A stretch of DNA of 63,758 bases, filler included, from Folioceros fuciformis (lineage: Eukaryota): assembly GCA_049999805.1 (NCBI GenBank). It is 8 parts of 8 records of this genome, joined end to end, with 100 filler letters (N's around TTAATTAATTAA, not from the genome) between each part and the next. Parts side by side here need not be neighbours in the genome. Positions count along the whole stretch, not along the records: positions 32,670 to 37,738 come from JBNGIO010005892.1; positions 37,839 to 42,469 come from JBNGIO010005893.1; positions 42,570 to 57,416 come from JBNGIO010005894.1; 5 more parts are not named here. The stretch is one strand, 5' to 3'. The translations under genes were made by a program, and so were the position numbers. Numbering within the stretch: position 1 is the first letter of the stretch; every line of letters starts with the position of its first letter. The notes beneath the pieces are model-generated. The model ran no database searches. It was not told the DNA's origin and saw nothing but the letters and a program-made list of their open reading frames with translations. Below, in pieces: positions 35,601 through 45,791 of the stretch.

Positions 35601-37738
35601 ACTACCCTTGTACCCTTCGCAAACATGGCTGACTTCAGCTTAGGAACCTCCACGTTCAAGGTGAACATCCGTCCAACCTTCTGTCCTTGAGCAATCAGGC
35701 GACCGCCTTTCTTGCACTCTTCAACAAAGAGTCCTGCAGGTGTAAATCTAACCTGCAGTCCTTGCTCAACCATCTGCCCAACTGACACCAAGTTCTTTGT
35801 GATGTTGGGTACGTGAAGAACATCTACCAGGCACTTCACTTTGCCATCCTGCATCTTCAGAGGTACAGTTCCTGTATGCACAATTGCATGTGTTGTGTCA
35901 TCTCCAGTTTCTACATATCCAGGTTTGTCAAGCACTTGCATTTCTTTGAACCACTCCCCATGGCATGTCATGTGGTTCGAAGCTCCTGAGTCCACATACC
36001 ACACAATCTCACCATTGTTGGATCCATTAGCAGACACAGAGTTAAGCATATGCTGCATGACAAACAAGTTTTCTGAGTCATTCTGACTGCTGCTAGAGGC
36101 ATAATTGTTCTGCTGCCTCCTGTTGCCTTGATTTCTCCTTGGACAGTCTCTTTCGAAGTGGTCTAACCTACCACAAGTCCAGCAACCACTATTGTCTGCA
36201 TTTGCATCATTTTGTTGTTGATTTCCACGTCCTCTTTGACTCCCCCAGCCTCGAGAATTTTCTCCTCTTCCACGTGTACTCTTGTACTGGGACTCCTGAT
36301 TCTGTTGTTGATTTTGGTAGGGATTCCGACCTCTACCACCTCTTTGCCCTCTGCCACCTTGGGCTCTACCTCTGCCTCTGCCAGAGTAGAAGGCCTGCTC
36401 AGAGTTTTCCTTAGGCTTAGAGGATGATTCCTCGCCTAGGTTTTTCTCCTCTATGATCAACATAGAAATCAGGTCTGAGAAATTGGGAATGTTTTCCCGA
36501 GTCTGTATGGAAGTCTTGAACTGCTTGTAGGCAGGTGTTAACCCGCGAAAGCAAACTTCGACCTTGTCATCATCTTCCACACTGACATCAATGGACGCAA
36601 GGGATTCCACTATCCCTTTGATCTTTAACGCGTACTCATTGATTGATAAGTTCTTCTTCATAATTGTGTTGAAGTCATTCTTCAACTGCAGTTTTCTCGC
36701 CTTCGTGTTAGTCTCATAGAGTTTTACCAACTCATCCCATGCTTCTTTGAGCGACTCTGCATCCTGTATGTGCCCAATCATGGTGTCATGAATGCTGATT
36801 GATAGCCAATACATGACCTTCCGAGATCCTTGACTCCAATCCTTCAGCGCCTTAATCTGCTCCGCTGTTGCATTCCGTTCAAGTACTATAGGGGGTTTTT
36901 CATGCTCCCCCTCAATGTAGTCCCAATAACCCTTTCCCATAAGAAAGTTTGTAAAACGAAACTTCCAGGCATGGAAGTTGTTTTTGTCCAGCTTCTCCTG
37001 TACGATCTGGTTAATACTGTCACTGGCCATTCTTGCCACCACTCAAGGTTGACACTTAATCCTTTCTTGAGTACTCACACCTGATAAATGTCTGAAAGAA
37101 CCAGACTGCTTCTGACTGGAGTTTTACTCACAAGACCTTAAGTCTCTTCTTCCTAAGAGCAATCTGGTGCGGAATCACGCTGCCTTGCGTGAACCAGATT
37201 GTCTTATGCTCCGTGTCCTTACAGACTCTTGACTGTCTGCCCACAAAGCTCCCGTGAGATTTCCTGTCAATTCCTTCCCTGCTGCCAAGCTAGGGTTAGC
37301 ACACTTTCTTGCAGCTGCTGCCTCCACTTGTCAGCCCTTCCACAGAGCTCTGGGGATCAACAGCTAGTCCAGTAAGCTGACAGGGCCTTGTCGCCCTTCT
37401 CCTCACTTCCTGCACACACCGATATGAGAGCGATATGAGAGTTAGCTGCCGGGACGCTTGCTGCCGATTTCCCTCCAAGCTGCTCCAACTTCTCGTAGCT
37501 GCTCTAGCTTCTGGTGTGCACTCTTGCTGCCTCTTGCAGCACCTCCTACGCCGATCTTGCACCGCCTGCACCGGGCTCTGATACCATGTCAATAGGATCG
37601 ACTCCAATCTACGTGCAAGTGTAGGAGAGGAGAGGAGAGAAGAGAGGGTGGTATTGGTGATCACAACCATGAAAACAATACACATCACCACTGTCTTACT
37701 ATGGAGGTCCGAGGTCTCCATTTAAGTAGTACATTTAG
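32670..37738 (-). mobile_element. Ty1/Copia LTR retrotransposon 2, complete internal region, both LTRs cut by gaps
   Basis: LTR end ...GACA followed by a perfect iMet PBS TGGTATCAGAGC (37575-37586). PPT GAGGGGGAG then TGTTGA LTR start at 32721. Confidence 0.97.
32735..37042 (-). CDS. Uninterrupted Copia gag-pol polyprotein (1435 aa)
   Basis: CWTCGRLDHFERDC; WYVDSGAS; WHKRIGH; VHSDVWG/LRSDGGGEY/QQNGVAER (integrase DDE); IYVDD; YTDADWAG; ARTKHIEIHYHF. No stops. Confidence 0.96.
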   Translation of the reverse strand: MVARMASDSINQIVQEKLDKNNFHAWKFRFTNFLMGKGYWDYIEGEHEKPPIVLERNATAEQIKALKDWSQGSRKVMYWLSISIHDTMIGHIQDAESLKEAWDELVKLYETNTKARKLQLKNDFNTIMKKNLSINEYALKIKGIVESLASIDVSVEDDDKVEVCFRGLTPAYKQFKTSIQTRENIPNFSDLISMLIIEEKNLGEESSSKPKENSEQAFYSGRGRGRAQGGRGQRGGRGRNPYQNQQQNQESQYKSTRGRGENSRGWGSQRGRGNQQQNDANADNSGCWTCGRLDHFERDCPRRNQGNRRQQNNYASSSSQNDSENLFVMQHMLNSVSANGSNNGEIVWYVDSGASNHMTCHGEWFKEMQVLDKPGYVETGDDTTHAIVHTGTVPLKMQDGKVKCLVDVLHVPNITKNLVSVGQMVEQGLQVRFTPAGLFVEECKKGGRLIAQGQKVGRMFTLNVEVPKLKSAMFAKGTRVVTDLEMWHKRIGHVNVQKLKSMQHQKVVTGIPKLTENGLQGICEACQLGKQPRNAFPHDKHVSRYVLDVVHSDVWGPTQTASIGGCKYYVTFIDDHTRKVWVYFMKEKSEVITHFHTFKAMVEKQTGRHIKCLRSDGGGEYFSREFSKFLSEQGIQRQYSCRYTPQQNGVAERKNRHIAEVARALMTEKKMPHYYWAEAVSTAVYIMNRTSTAAVHSVTPEEKFTGKKPDLSHLKVFGCIAYVHIPDELRTKLDPKAEKCVFIGYSVTQKGYRCYNPSTRTMRVSRDVVFDEMGSWYFEVQGSSVADLLETEVTSNAGQQSQVLSGPQASSNSTNVQNPWSGRLRGSVSPTSSTAVSRKGKETVQDSKIPDLSAGADDSSDSEQSLDEEFGVPKIETPGAKEVQSAPGSGSIPRRSGRQKVPIQRLTYDSYVARHHAYMAKVVQDVEPRSFEEAIGDTKWEHAMDEEMNALNQNATWDLVQLPEGKKPIGCKWVYKVKHNADGSINRYKARLVAKEHAQTYGIDFEETFSPVAKMATIRTVIALAASKGWVLHHMDVKNAFLHGELLEEVYMDQPPGYEDLDHPNHVCKLKKTLYGLKQAPRAWHERLAQHLIHIGFNMADADHSLYVCKSTKRLVFVTIYVDDLIIGGNQLDQVEQIKELLQQEFKMADLGELRFFLGIEIIRTNTGIWLSQRKYASDVLTKYGMVECKPISIPLDQNLKLSAHDGEALEDPTMYRKIVGSLIYLTLSRPDLNYTVGLQSQFMQAPRKPHLDAVRRTLRYVKATMDHALFYVADLEINLCGYTDADWAGSVTDRRSTSGFIFSLGSAAITWSSKKQPTVALSSTEAEYRGAAMAACEVTWICKLLGDFGLQVNDKVVIYCDNLSSIQLARNPVFHARTKHIEIHYHFLRERILSGAIDLVYVNTDEQIADIFTKPMGAEKLKKFRAMLGVQMLC

Positions 37739-37838
37739 NNNNNNNNNNNNNNNNNNNNNNNNNNNNNNNNNNNNNNNNNNNNTTAATTAATTAANNNNNN
37801 NNNNNNNNNNNNNNNNNNNNNNNNNNNNNNNNNNNNNN
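37739..37838. other. Artificial contig linker/gap
   Basis: Same 100-nt structure. Confidence 0.97.
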
Positions 37839-40800
37839 TGGGTTACCTAGACTAGGGTTAGACATGTTACTTAGGGTTTAGTATTTAAGACCAACACTTT
37901 GTAATCATATATACATTATTCATTATTCAAGTTTGTTGTTCTCTCTAAGCAATATTGTCATGGTATCAAAGCGTGGTATCATCTATCTTCCGCTGCATTG
38001 CTAAGAGAGACATGCATACATTTCCTACGTTGGAAAATGCCTCGCCGCAATAGGAACCGTGTGCCCGCGAACAGGAGCTTCTTCAATTTTATCACTGATA
38101 GATATATCAGAGAGAGGGATCGCCAAAGGCACACAGGCCGACTATCACGATCACCTTCTTTGCATAGAACTCCTGCTCGGCCATAGGTTCCGCTGGGCAA
38201 TTGGCCTTCTACACCTCCAGATTACCCTGCCATAATTAACAGGTTACAGGTATCACAGGATAGAAGGAATTCACAAACAATAGAGGGCTGTGAGCAACCT
38301 TACAACCAAGTCAGTCAAGCAGAGGAGGCATCCCGGCGACTTTTGCTTAATGAGATTTATGACGAAACTGTTATTACTTTAGGAGATTTGCAAGTGTCGC
38401 TGTTTCGACACACAACTCGTAATTAGGCACTTACGGGACAAATCTTCTTGGAAATCAATGCCATTAAACAACAATTGGATGCCCTAGTGAAGCAGTTTAG
38501 TGAGAATTTGGAATTGTGCGATGGCCCCATACTTGATGGGCATCGCCACATGATCTTGTGAATTTTAGCGGGCATTACCCAGCCTCCTTGCCCAGCAATT
38601 TTCTGATAAATTTGCAAGAAGGGACGGGAGATTCCAAGAGTCGTGAGCTAGAAATTGAAAGGACACCAATCAAGTTGAAAAAGGCATTTTGAGCAGAAGG
38701 CGCCCTTTCACCTTCTTGCGAACATCAAGCGAACAGAACTAGAATTTTGCTTCAACTTCCTTGCGGCAGGGCTTGTTCTGCTTACCCTAGAGCACCAGCA
38801 CGCTAGACAGGAGAGGAAGAATTTGTGCACAAGGCCAAGCTTTGATCTTTGCCCAAGGATTATTTTATGCACACAAACGGGATTGCACGCAGGATCGGCC
38901 ACGATTTGTCAATCAGCATAAGGAGCCGGTTTATTTTCTAATTGAATCCCGGTAGACTCGCTCACAAATGTCAGGGGGTGTTGCACGGGCATCCAAGCCA
39001 GGATCTGCTGCACAGTGGGATCAGCCCTAGGTGCTTGGTGCGTACAGGATCTGGGGGTGCCGCCCAGTCAGATCAGCCGTATGGACACGGCAGAACGGCC
39101 ATGCAGTGTTGCACATCTGGATCAGGATCACGGTGCACGCCCCCCCCCCTAGCCTCCCATCTCAGGCCTCCCAGCACGCCAGGCTCCACAGCACGGACGC
39201 GCGGCCTTCGGGATCCGCGCGGCCAGATTTCCTGCCCCACGGCGCTTGCGTCATCACGGCGGGATCTGCTGCATTGGTGCGCGAGGCAAGGGGTGCTTGC
39301 AGGAACATCAACCCCAAGCCACAGCCTGCACTACCAATCCCGGCCCGGTCACGGGACCAGCCGCACAGCAGGCTCCGCTGTCTCACAGCGCGCCCAGCAA
39401 CATTTGTGCACGGAGGGTGGGCCATCCACCGATAGGATCTGCGGCCACACGGCGCGCACGGCAGGATCCCTGCCAGGAGGGAGGACCAGCCATCCTGGCC
39501 ATTTTCATTTCCCTTAATTGTTTACTTTTCCACGGTTGGGACTTCTGGTAGCCAGGCTTCCGATGGCGAGGACATTAGCGCTGACCCTGAATTTCAGGTA
39601 GGAGGCCAAGCCATGGACGCAGGTGCTGCCTCCGGAGTTGGTGGATCGGCAACCGGCTCTCCTTCCCAGCCCGTTTTTGGCCAGACAGCTTTTGGCTCTT
39701 TCCTGTCGCAAGGAAACCCAACAACAACATCAACACCAGGATGGACCTCCGCAGGCAATCTCTCTAATTTTGCACCTGGACCCTTCTCACTAGGGTCAGG
39801 AGGAGGCACAGGATCGAACTTTACCTTCACTGGAGCTAGAGCAGGATTTTCTTCAACACAAGCATCAGGAGTGTGTTGTATTACAACCCATTGCCAAGCT
39901 ATGGAGCTGGACTTGGGAATCCACTGCCTACCACAGGAGCTGGATTCGCCAACCCACTGCCGACGCTTGGAGCTGGATTTGGGAATCCCGTGAGTGGATA
40001 CGGAACTGGGCTTGGTCAAGGAACCGGTTTTATGCAAGGATCCTCGCAGTCACAGCAGCCCGGTTTAGGTACAGTGCTTACAAATCCTATACAAACACTG
40101 CCAATGGCCTATCAGCCTTCCTACACAATTGAGTTTAAGGAGCGGGATAGGTTTAACGGGACTAAATATCCTGTTTGGAGTGTTTGCATGCGCGCTGCAC
40201 TAGATGCACGACATGTGTGGGAAGTTGTTAGTGGACAGCTTCAGCAACTACTGCTCCACAACTTGATCAAGAGCGGTGGGAGAATGCCAATAAAGTAGCC
40301 CGAGCCCTCCTCATTAGTGGGCTTGATGAAGTGTTAGTGCCAGACGTAGCTTTCCTTTCCAAGGTTGAGGACATCTGGACATAGCTTGCACAAACTTACG
40401 ATGTGAAGAATGTCCTCACCTTATGTGCTGTCAGAAGTGAGCTGTTTACTCTTCGCATGCGTGAAGGAGACAAAGTTGCTGCTTTTGTTGGAAAGTTTCG
40501 GCAACTTAGAGCTACTTTGATTTCCCTTGGTTTTCCCATGCTTGAGCTTGATGCTGTAGTACAGCTTTTGACTAACCTTCCACCTAGCTACTAGTCTTTC
40601 GTAACTAGCTATGGTGCCACACTTCGTGATGCTGGTAAGGCTGCAACAGCAGGTCAGCCAGTGATGATTAGCTTTGCCGATGTGGTTGGAGCTCTCTTTC
40701 AGGAAGAGCAGTCTCGCAACACCTCGCATTCTAATTCTGGCAGGACCAAAACTGACAAGGTTCTCTCCACATCCAAGTTCTGCCCCAAAGGTCGTGGCCA

Positions 40801-42469
40801 GCCTAATGCAGCTGGACCTTCTAAAGATTCCAAGTCAGGACAGGTCAAGAGGTCAGGTGCCTGCAATTGGTGCGGAACCCCTGGTCATTGGGAAAGAGAC
40901 TGCAGAAAGAAAAAGGCCGGAGAATCTAAGAAAGCTGAGAAGACTCCACAGGCTAATTCGGTCTCCAAGCCTTCTAAGGCCAGCACATTTGGCAAGCCTC
41001 CCGTTGTTATGACAGTTTGCCTTTCCACTGCTTCCAGGGTAGATGACGCCTGGTACTTGGATTCTGGAGCAACGACACACGTCTGCCACAACAAGTCTTT
41101 GATGAGCAACTTTGTCCCGTTGCACATTGCTGAACAGGTACTTTTGGGAGATGAGCTTACTAGAACATGACTCAAGATTCTTAGATGTGGCTCCTGCTAT
41201 TTTCAGCCATCTCATGGAGAGCTCCTTCGAATCGACAACGTCCTTTATGTGCCTGATATGGCCAAACACCTTCTGTCAGTAAGCCAACTTATGCAGCTTA
41301 AACGTTTTCAGCTAACTTTTATTTCTGATGGATGCATGCTCACTACATCTGGTCCTTCACCTTCTCTGGTTGCTAAGGGCTTGCTAGAGCATGATTTATA
41401 TAGGCTAGATATGTCTTGTGTACCTGCTAAGACTGCCCGTGTGGCTGAGAGGTCTTAGGCAGCTTTAGCTCAGTTGTGGCATGCCCGTCTGGGCCATGCT
41501 CACAAAGATAAACTTATTACAATGTCCAATTTAGAATGCTATAGAGAACCACTACCTAAGTGTTTTAAGGCCCTTCCCCTTTGTGATGCTTGCATAGTAG
41601 CCAAGCAGAAAGAAATTTCGTTTCCAAAAACTGTAGCTACATGCACTACGTCCGTCTTAGACCTAGTTCATGTAGATATCTCTGGGAAAATACATGTTTC
41701 CTACGGTACCTTAAAGGCACCTCTACATTTGGGTTATGTTTCCAGGGCGATGACCGTGCATTCACCCTTGAGGGATACGCAAATGCTGATTGGGCTACAG
41801 ACCCAGATCAAAGGAAAAGCATTTCTGCATATTGCTTCCTGCTCTCTGGTGCGGCAGTCAACTGGAGCTCTAAGAAACAAACTTCCATAGCCCTCTCTTC
41901 AACTGAGGCCGAATACAAAGCTCTCACGGACTCAGCCAAGGAGGCTGAATGGGAGCGCACTTTTCTTGCAGGATTGGGCTTTCCTCAGTCGGTTCCCACC
42001 ACTATCTTCTGCGACGATATGTCTACTATTTCCTTGGTTGGGAATCCCCGCTTTCATGCGCGCACCAAGCACATCGAAGTTCACCACCACTATGTTCGAC
42101 ATTCCGTGGAGCGCAAGGTGATCAAGATCCAACACATATCCACAGAGCTCAATATAGCCGACTTAATGACAAAGAGCTTACCAACAAACAAGCATGTCTT
42201 CCACATGGAGGCACAGGGCCTCGTAGACTATTCTTCCTACTTGCCTTGAGTTGCAGGTGGAGGTGACGGGTGCTGGATGGATGAAGCTTATCATTTACCT
42301 AATCGTCCAACTCTCAGCTCGTTTTCTACATCGCCTATCTTTGTCTACGTCCCTAGTGTAACCAGCGTCGCGGTTAAGGGGGTGTGTTAAACCCCATAGT
42401 TTATTATAGTAACCACGGTCGTTGGGTTACCTAGACTAGGGTTAGACATGTTACTTAGGGTTTAGTATT
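37839..42469 (+). mobile_element. Ty1/Copia LTR retrotransposon 3, internally deleted (no integrase core or RT), non-autonomous
   Basis: LTR segment 37839-37884 equals 42424-42469. CA|TGGTATCAAAGC PBS at 37961. gag with CNWCGTPGHWERDC; WYLDSGAT; WHARLGH; VHVDISG joined at about 41700 to RNase H LRYLKGT...ARTKHIE. PPT AAGGGGG then TG at about 42385. Confidence 0.92.
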
Positions 42470-42569
42470 NNNNNNNNNNNNNNNNNNNNNNNNNNNNNNN
42501 NNNNNNNNNNNNNTTAATTAATTAANNNNNNNNNNNNNNNNNNNNNNNNNNNNNNNNNNNNNNNNNNNN
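42470..42569. other. Artificial contig linker/gap
   Basis: Same 100-nt structure. Confidence 0.97.
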
Positions 42570-44624
42570 AGGGTGAAGAACAAGACCCCAGCGCCTGTGC
42601 AGATTACAGCGGAGCAGATTTTGAGGGAGGCCCGGGAGCGGCAGGAAGCGGAAATACGGCCGCCTAAGCAGAAGATTGCCGACGCTGAGGAGCTCGGGGA
42701 GTATAGGTTGCGGCAGAGGAAGGAGTTTGAAGACCGAATTCGGCGGGTGCGGTGGAACGTCAGCGTGTGGGTCAAGTACGCGCAGTGGGAGGAGAAGCAG
42801 CACGATTTTGACCGGGCCAGGTCCATTTGGGAGAGAGCATTGCAGGTGGAATATCGGAACACCACGCTATGGCTCAAGTACGCGGAGATGGAGATGAAGA
42901 ACCGTTTCTTGAACCGGGCCAGGAATGTGTGGGATCGGGCTGTGACTCTGCTGCCCAGGATAGATCAGCTGTGGTACAAGTACATTCACATGGAGGAGAT
43001 GCTTGGGAACATCGCTGGTGCCAGACAGATTTTCGAGAGGTGGATGATGTGGGAGCCGGACCACCACGGGTGGGCGGCGTACATCAAGTTTGAGCTCCGG
43101 TACAATGAGGTTGACAGGGCCAGGGCTTTGTTCGATAGGTATGTGAATTGTCATCCCACTGTGAGGTCGTGGGTACGTTACGCAAAATTTGAAGTGAAGA
43201 ACGGGGAGATAGGGCGTGCCAGACAGTGCTATGAGAGGGCCATGGAGCAGCTGGGGGAGGACGGGCAGACGGAGGAGTTGTTTGTCGCTTTTGCCCAGTT
43301 TGAGGAGCGGTGCAAGGAGGTGGAACGGGCTCGTTGCATTTACAAGTATGCTCTGGATCACATCCCAAAGGCGCAGGCAGAGGAGCTTTACAAGAAGTTT
43401 GCTACGTTCGAGAGGCAGTTCGGGGACCGGGACGGCATAGAGGATGTTATTGTGGGGAAGCGTAGGTTTCAGTACGAGGAGCAGGTGAAGTTAAACCCGC
43501 TCAACTATGATGCATGGTTTGACTACGTTCGCCTTGAGGAGAGTGTTGGGGACAAGGAGAAGGTTAGGGAAGTGTACGAGAGAGCTGTGGCTAATGTTCC
43601 ACCTGCAGAGGAGAAGAGGTACTGGCAGAGATACATATACTTGTGGATAAACTATGCTCTGTATGAGGAGCTGGAGGCTCAAGACATGGAGCGGACGAAG
43701 GATGTGTACAAGGAGTGCCTTAAGTTGATACCACACAAGCAGTTTTCATTTGCGAAAATCTGGCTCATGGCTGCACAGTTTGCTATTCGACAGAAGAACC
43801 TGCAGTCAGCTAGGCAGATTTTGGGGTCTGCCATCGGGATGGCTCCCAAGGACAAGATATTCAAGACTTACATAGAGGTCGAACTGCAGCTGGGGAACAT
43901 TGACAGGTGCCGAACACTGTACGAGAAGTACTTGGATTGGGCTCCAGCAAATTGTTACGCATGGAGCAAGTTCGCTGAGTTAGAAAGGTCTCTGGGGGAA
44001 ACGGAAAGGGGACGAGCTATTTTTGAACTGGCCATCTCTCAGCCAGTTTTGGATATGCCGGAGTTGCTGTGGAAGGCGTACATTGAATTTGAAATATCCG
44101 AAGGGGAGCATGAGAGAACAAGGGAATTGTATGAGCGGTTGCTAAACCGTACCAAACACCTCAAGGTTTGGGTAAGTTTTGCAAAATTCGAAGCTGCTGT
44201 GTCTTCTCAAGAGGAATTAAGGGCCCAGGAAGAAGGCCGAGAGCCAGATGCAGGCCTTCTACAGGAGCATAACCAGAAAAGGGTGCTTCGGTGTAGAGAT
44301 GTATTTCAGAGGGCCTTTGAAAGCTTACGGTCTGGGGCACCCGAACAGAAAGAGGAGAGGGCAATGCTCCTTGAAGAATGGCTAGAGATGGAGCGAAGCT
44401 TTGGGGAGCTAGGTGACGTGCCTTTGGTGCAACGGAAGTTGCCAAGAAGAGTGAAGAGAAAGCGTGCCATTTCTGCCGAAGATGGAACTGTAGCTGGGTA
44501 TGAAGAGTATACGGACTACATTTTCCCCGAGGAAGCAGGCATTGTTCCCAACATTAAGATTCTGGAAGCCGCTTACAAGTGGAAGAGGCAAAAGGTTAAC
44601 GTGGACGAGGATGACTCAACATAG
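42570..44624 (+). CDS. CRNKL1: Crooked neck-like pre-mRNA splicing factor (CRN/Clf1/Syf3, HAT repeats); N-terminus lost in the gap, visible part intronless
   Basis: RVKNKTPAPVQITAEQILREA; RQRKEFED; repeated HAT motifs; NPLNYDAWFDY; EKRYWQRYIYLWINYA; YTDYIFPEE...KILEAAYKWK. Confidence 0.96.
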   Translation, partial: RVKNKTPAPVQITAEQILREARERQEAEIRPPKQKIADAEELGEYRLRQRKEFEDRIRRVRWNVSVWVKYAQWEEKQHDFDRARSIWERALQVEYRNTTLWLKYAEMEMKNRFLNRARNVWDRAVTLLPRIDQLWYKYIHMEEMLGNIAGARQIFERWMMWEPDHHGWAAYIKFELRYNEVDRARALFDRYVNCHPTVRSWVRYAKFEVKNGEIGRARQCYERAMEQLGEDGQTEELFVAFAQFEERCKEVERARCIYKYALDHIPKAQAEELYKKFATFERQFGDRDGIEDVIVGKRRFQYEEQVKLNPLNYDAWFDYVRLEESVGDKEKVREVYERAVANVPPAEEKRYWQRYIYLWINYALYEELEAQDMERTKDVYKECLKLIPHKQFSFAKIWLMAAQFAIRQKNLQSARQILGSAIGMAPKDKIFKTYIEVELQLGNIDRCRTLYEKYLDWAPANCYAWSKFAELERSLGETERGRAIFELAISQPVLDMPELLWKAYIEFEISEGEHERTRELYERLLNRTKHLKVWVSFAKFEAAVSSQEELRAQEEGREPDAGLLQEHNQKRVLRCRDVFQRAFESLRSGAPEQKEERAMLLEEWLEMERSFGELGDVPLVQRKLPRRVKRKRAISAEDGTVAGYEEYTDYIFPEEAGIVPNIKILEAAYKWKRQKVNVDEDDST

Positions 44625-45617
44625 AGCAGTGCATCCCAGCGGGTCTTTCCTCGCACTCTTCCGGGTTGCATAACTCGTCTTACTTTCATGTAGCTGGTAC
44701 AGCGAGGTAGGTATTGTTTGGTTCCGAAGTCTGGGCTCCTGGCGGAAATGATGTGATGTCGAGTTCGGCACCCACACTGTCTGTTGTTTTTACGAAGTTC
44801 ATGACAGTCTGGACGGAAACCACCTGTTCTAGAGCCCTACACTCAGGCTCTCTTGTTTCTGTGGTATCCTACTAAAGCGGATTCCAAGGTTGGGCAAGTA
44901 CAAATTCATTCTTTTCGTTTTTCCAAGCGGACTGGCACGTCATATCTTGATTTGTTTATCGCCACCAAAGCTCGACGTCCTGTACTTAGGACAAGAGTCT
45001 GCTCGGGCGACCTCGTTGGTAGGTTGGTACAGTCGTTCTGGTTGTTACGAGACTGCGTCCTGATGCATCATTCAGACTTTTGTTTAGGGCACGATGATGG
45101 AACGACAGACCTCTGTCAGCCCGCTGAATCGTGATCGGCAAGAAACCTGACTGTGTATACAGCCTTTAAGAGTCCTGTTTTTTTCTTTGTCGCACTCTGT
45201 CACTACATGGAACAGTCTATTCTCTGTTTCCTGGCCATGCTCTGAAGCAAGTCAACTTGATACTCTACAGCCTCGCTTGCGTCAAAACATAGACAGCCGT
45301 ACCTACAGAAGTGTTGTTGCTACAACAAGATGGAAACAGAGACGTGAAGATCATTCGGAACAGTCCATATTCGCAACCGTAAATATCATTCGGGACAGTC
45401 CATATTCACAACGTGAAAGAAGAGAAAGGAAGCTTCTAGGAGCGAGCACGTCAAAAATTGTAAGAGCAACAAGACATTCTTCCCGGAATTTCTCTATTCT
45501 CAAGGCAACATAAGCAGCCTAGGCCGCGTCGCTAGAGCAGCTCTAACTGGTGGAACAATCGTTAGGTACGATTCCATCTGTCCAAAGGCTTGCATCGGTA
45601 GCTAACTTCCAGTACCG

Positions 45618-45791
45618 CTACTCGTGTCCAAGAGCAGTGTGGTACTGCTTCTTGAGCCACTGCCAGCTCGTTTTGACCTGTAACTTCATCTTATGTTCAT
45701 AGTCGTAGAAAGTGTACTTCCACATTCGTCTGTTGCTTGATTTCGAGGCCTTTCCTGGCTTAATCGCATCCATTCTGCCGGTGGAGTCCAT
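45618..45791 (-). CDS. 57-aa DUF3511-like small protein
   Basis: Manual translation MDSTGRMDAIKPGKASKSSNRRMWKYTFYDYEHKMKLQVKTSWQWLKKQYHTALGHE* fits the DUF3511 pattern RR...Y..Y..E.K.K......WxK. A 5'-UTR intron lies at about 45896-46022. Below the ORF-track size cut-off. Confidence 0.7.
   Translation of the reverse strand: MDSTGRMDAIKPGKASKSSNRRMWKYTFYDYEHKMKLQVKTSWQWLKKQYHTALGHE

Noticed and set aside
45090-45133. C/D box snoRNA-like segment (CACG-ATGATG...CTGA-ATCGTG)
   Set aside because: Only about 44 nt, imperfect C box and no recognisable guide.
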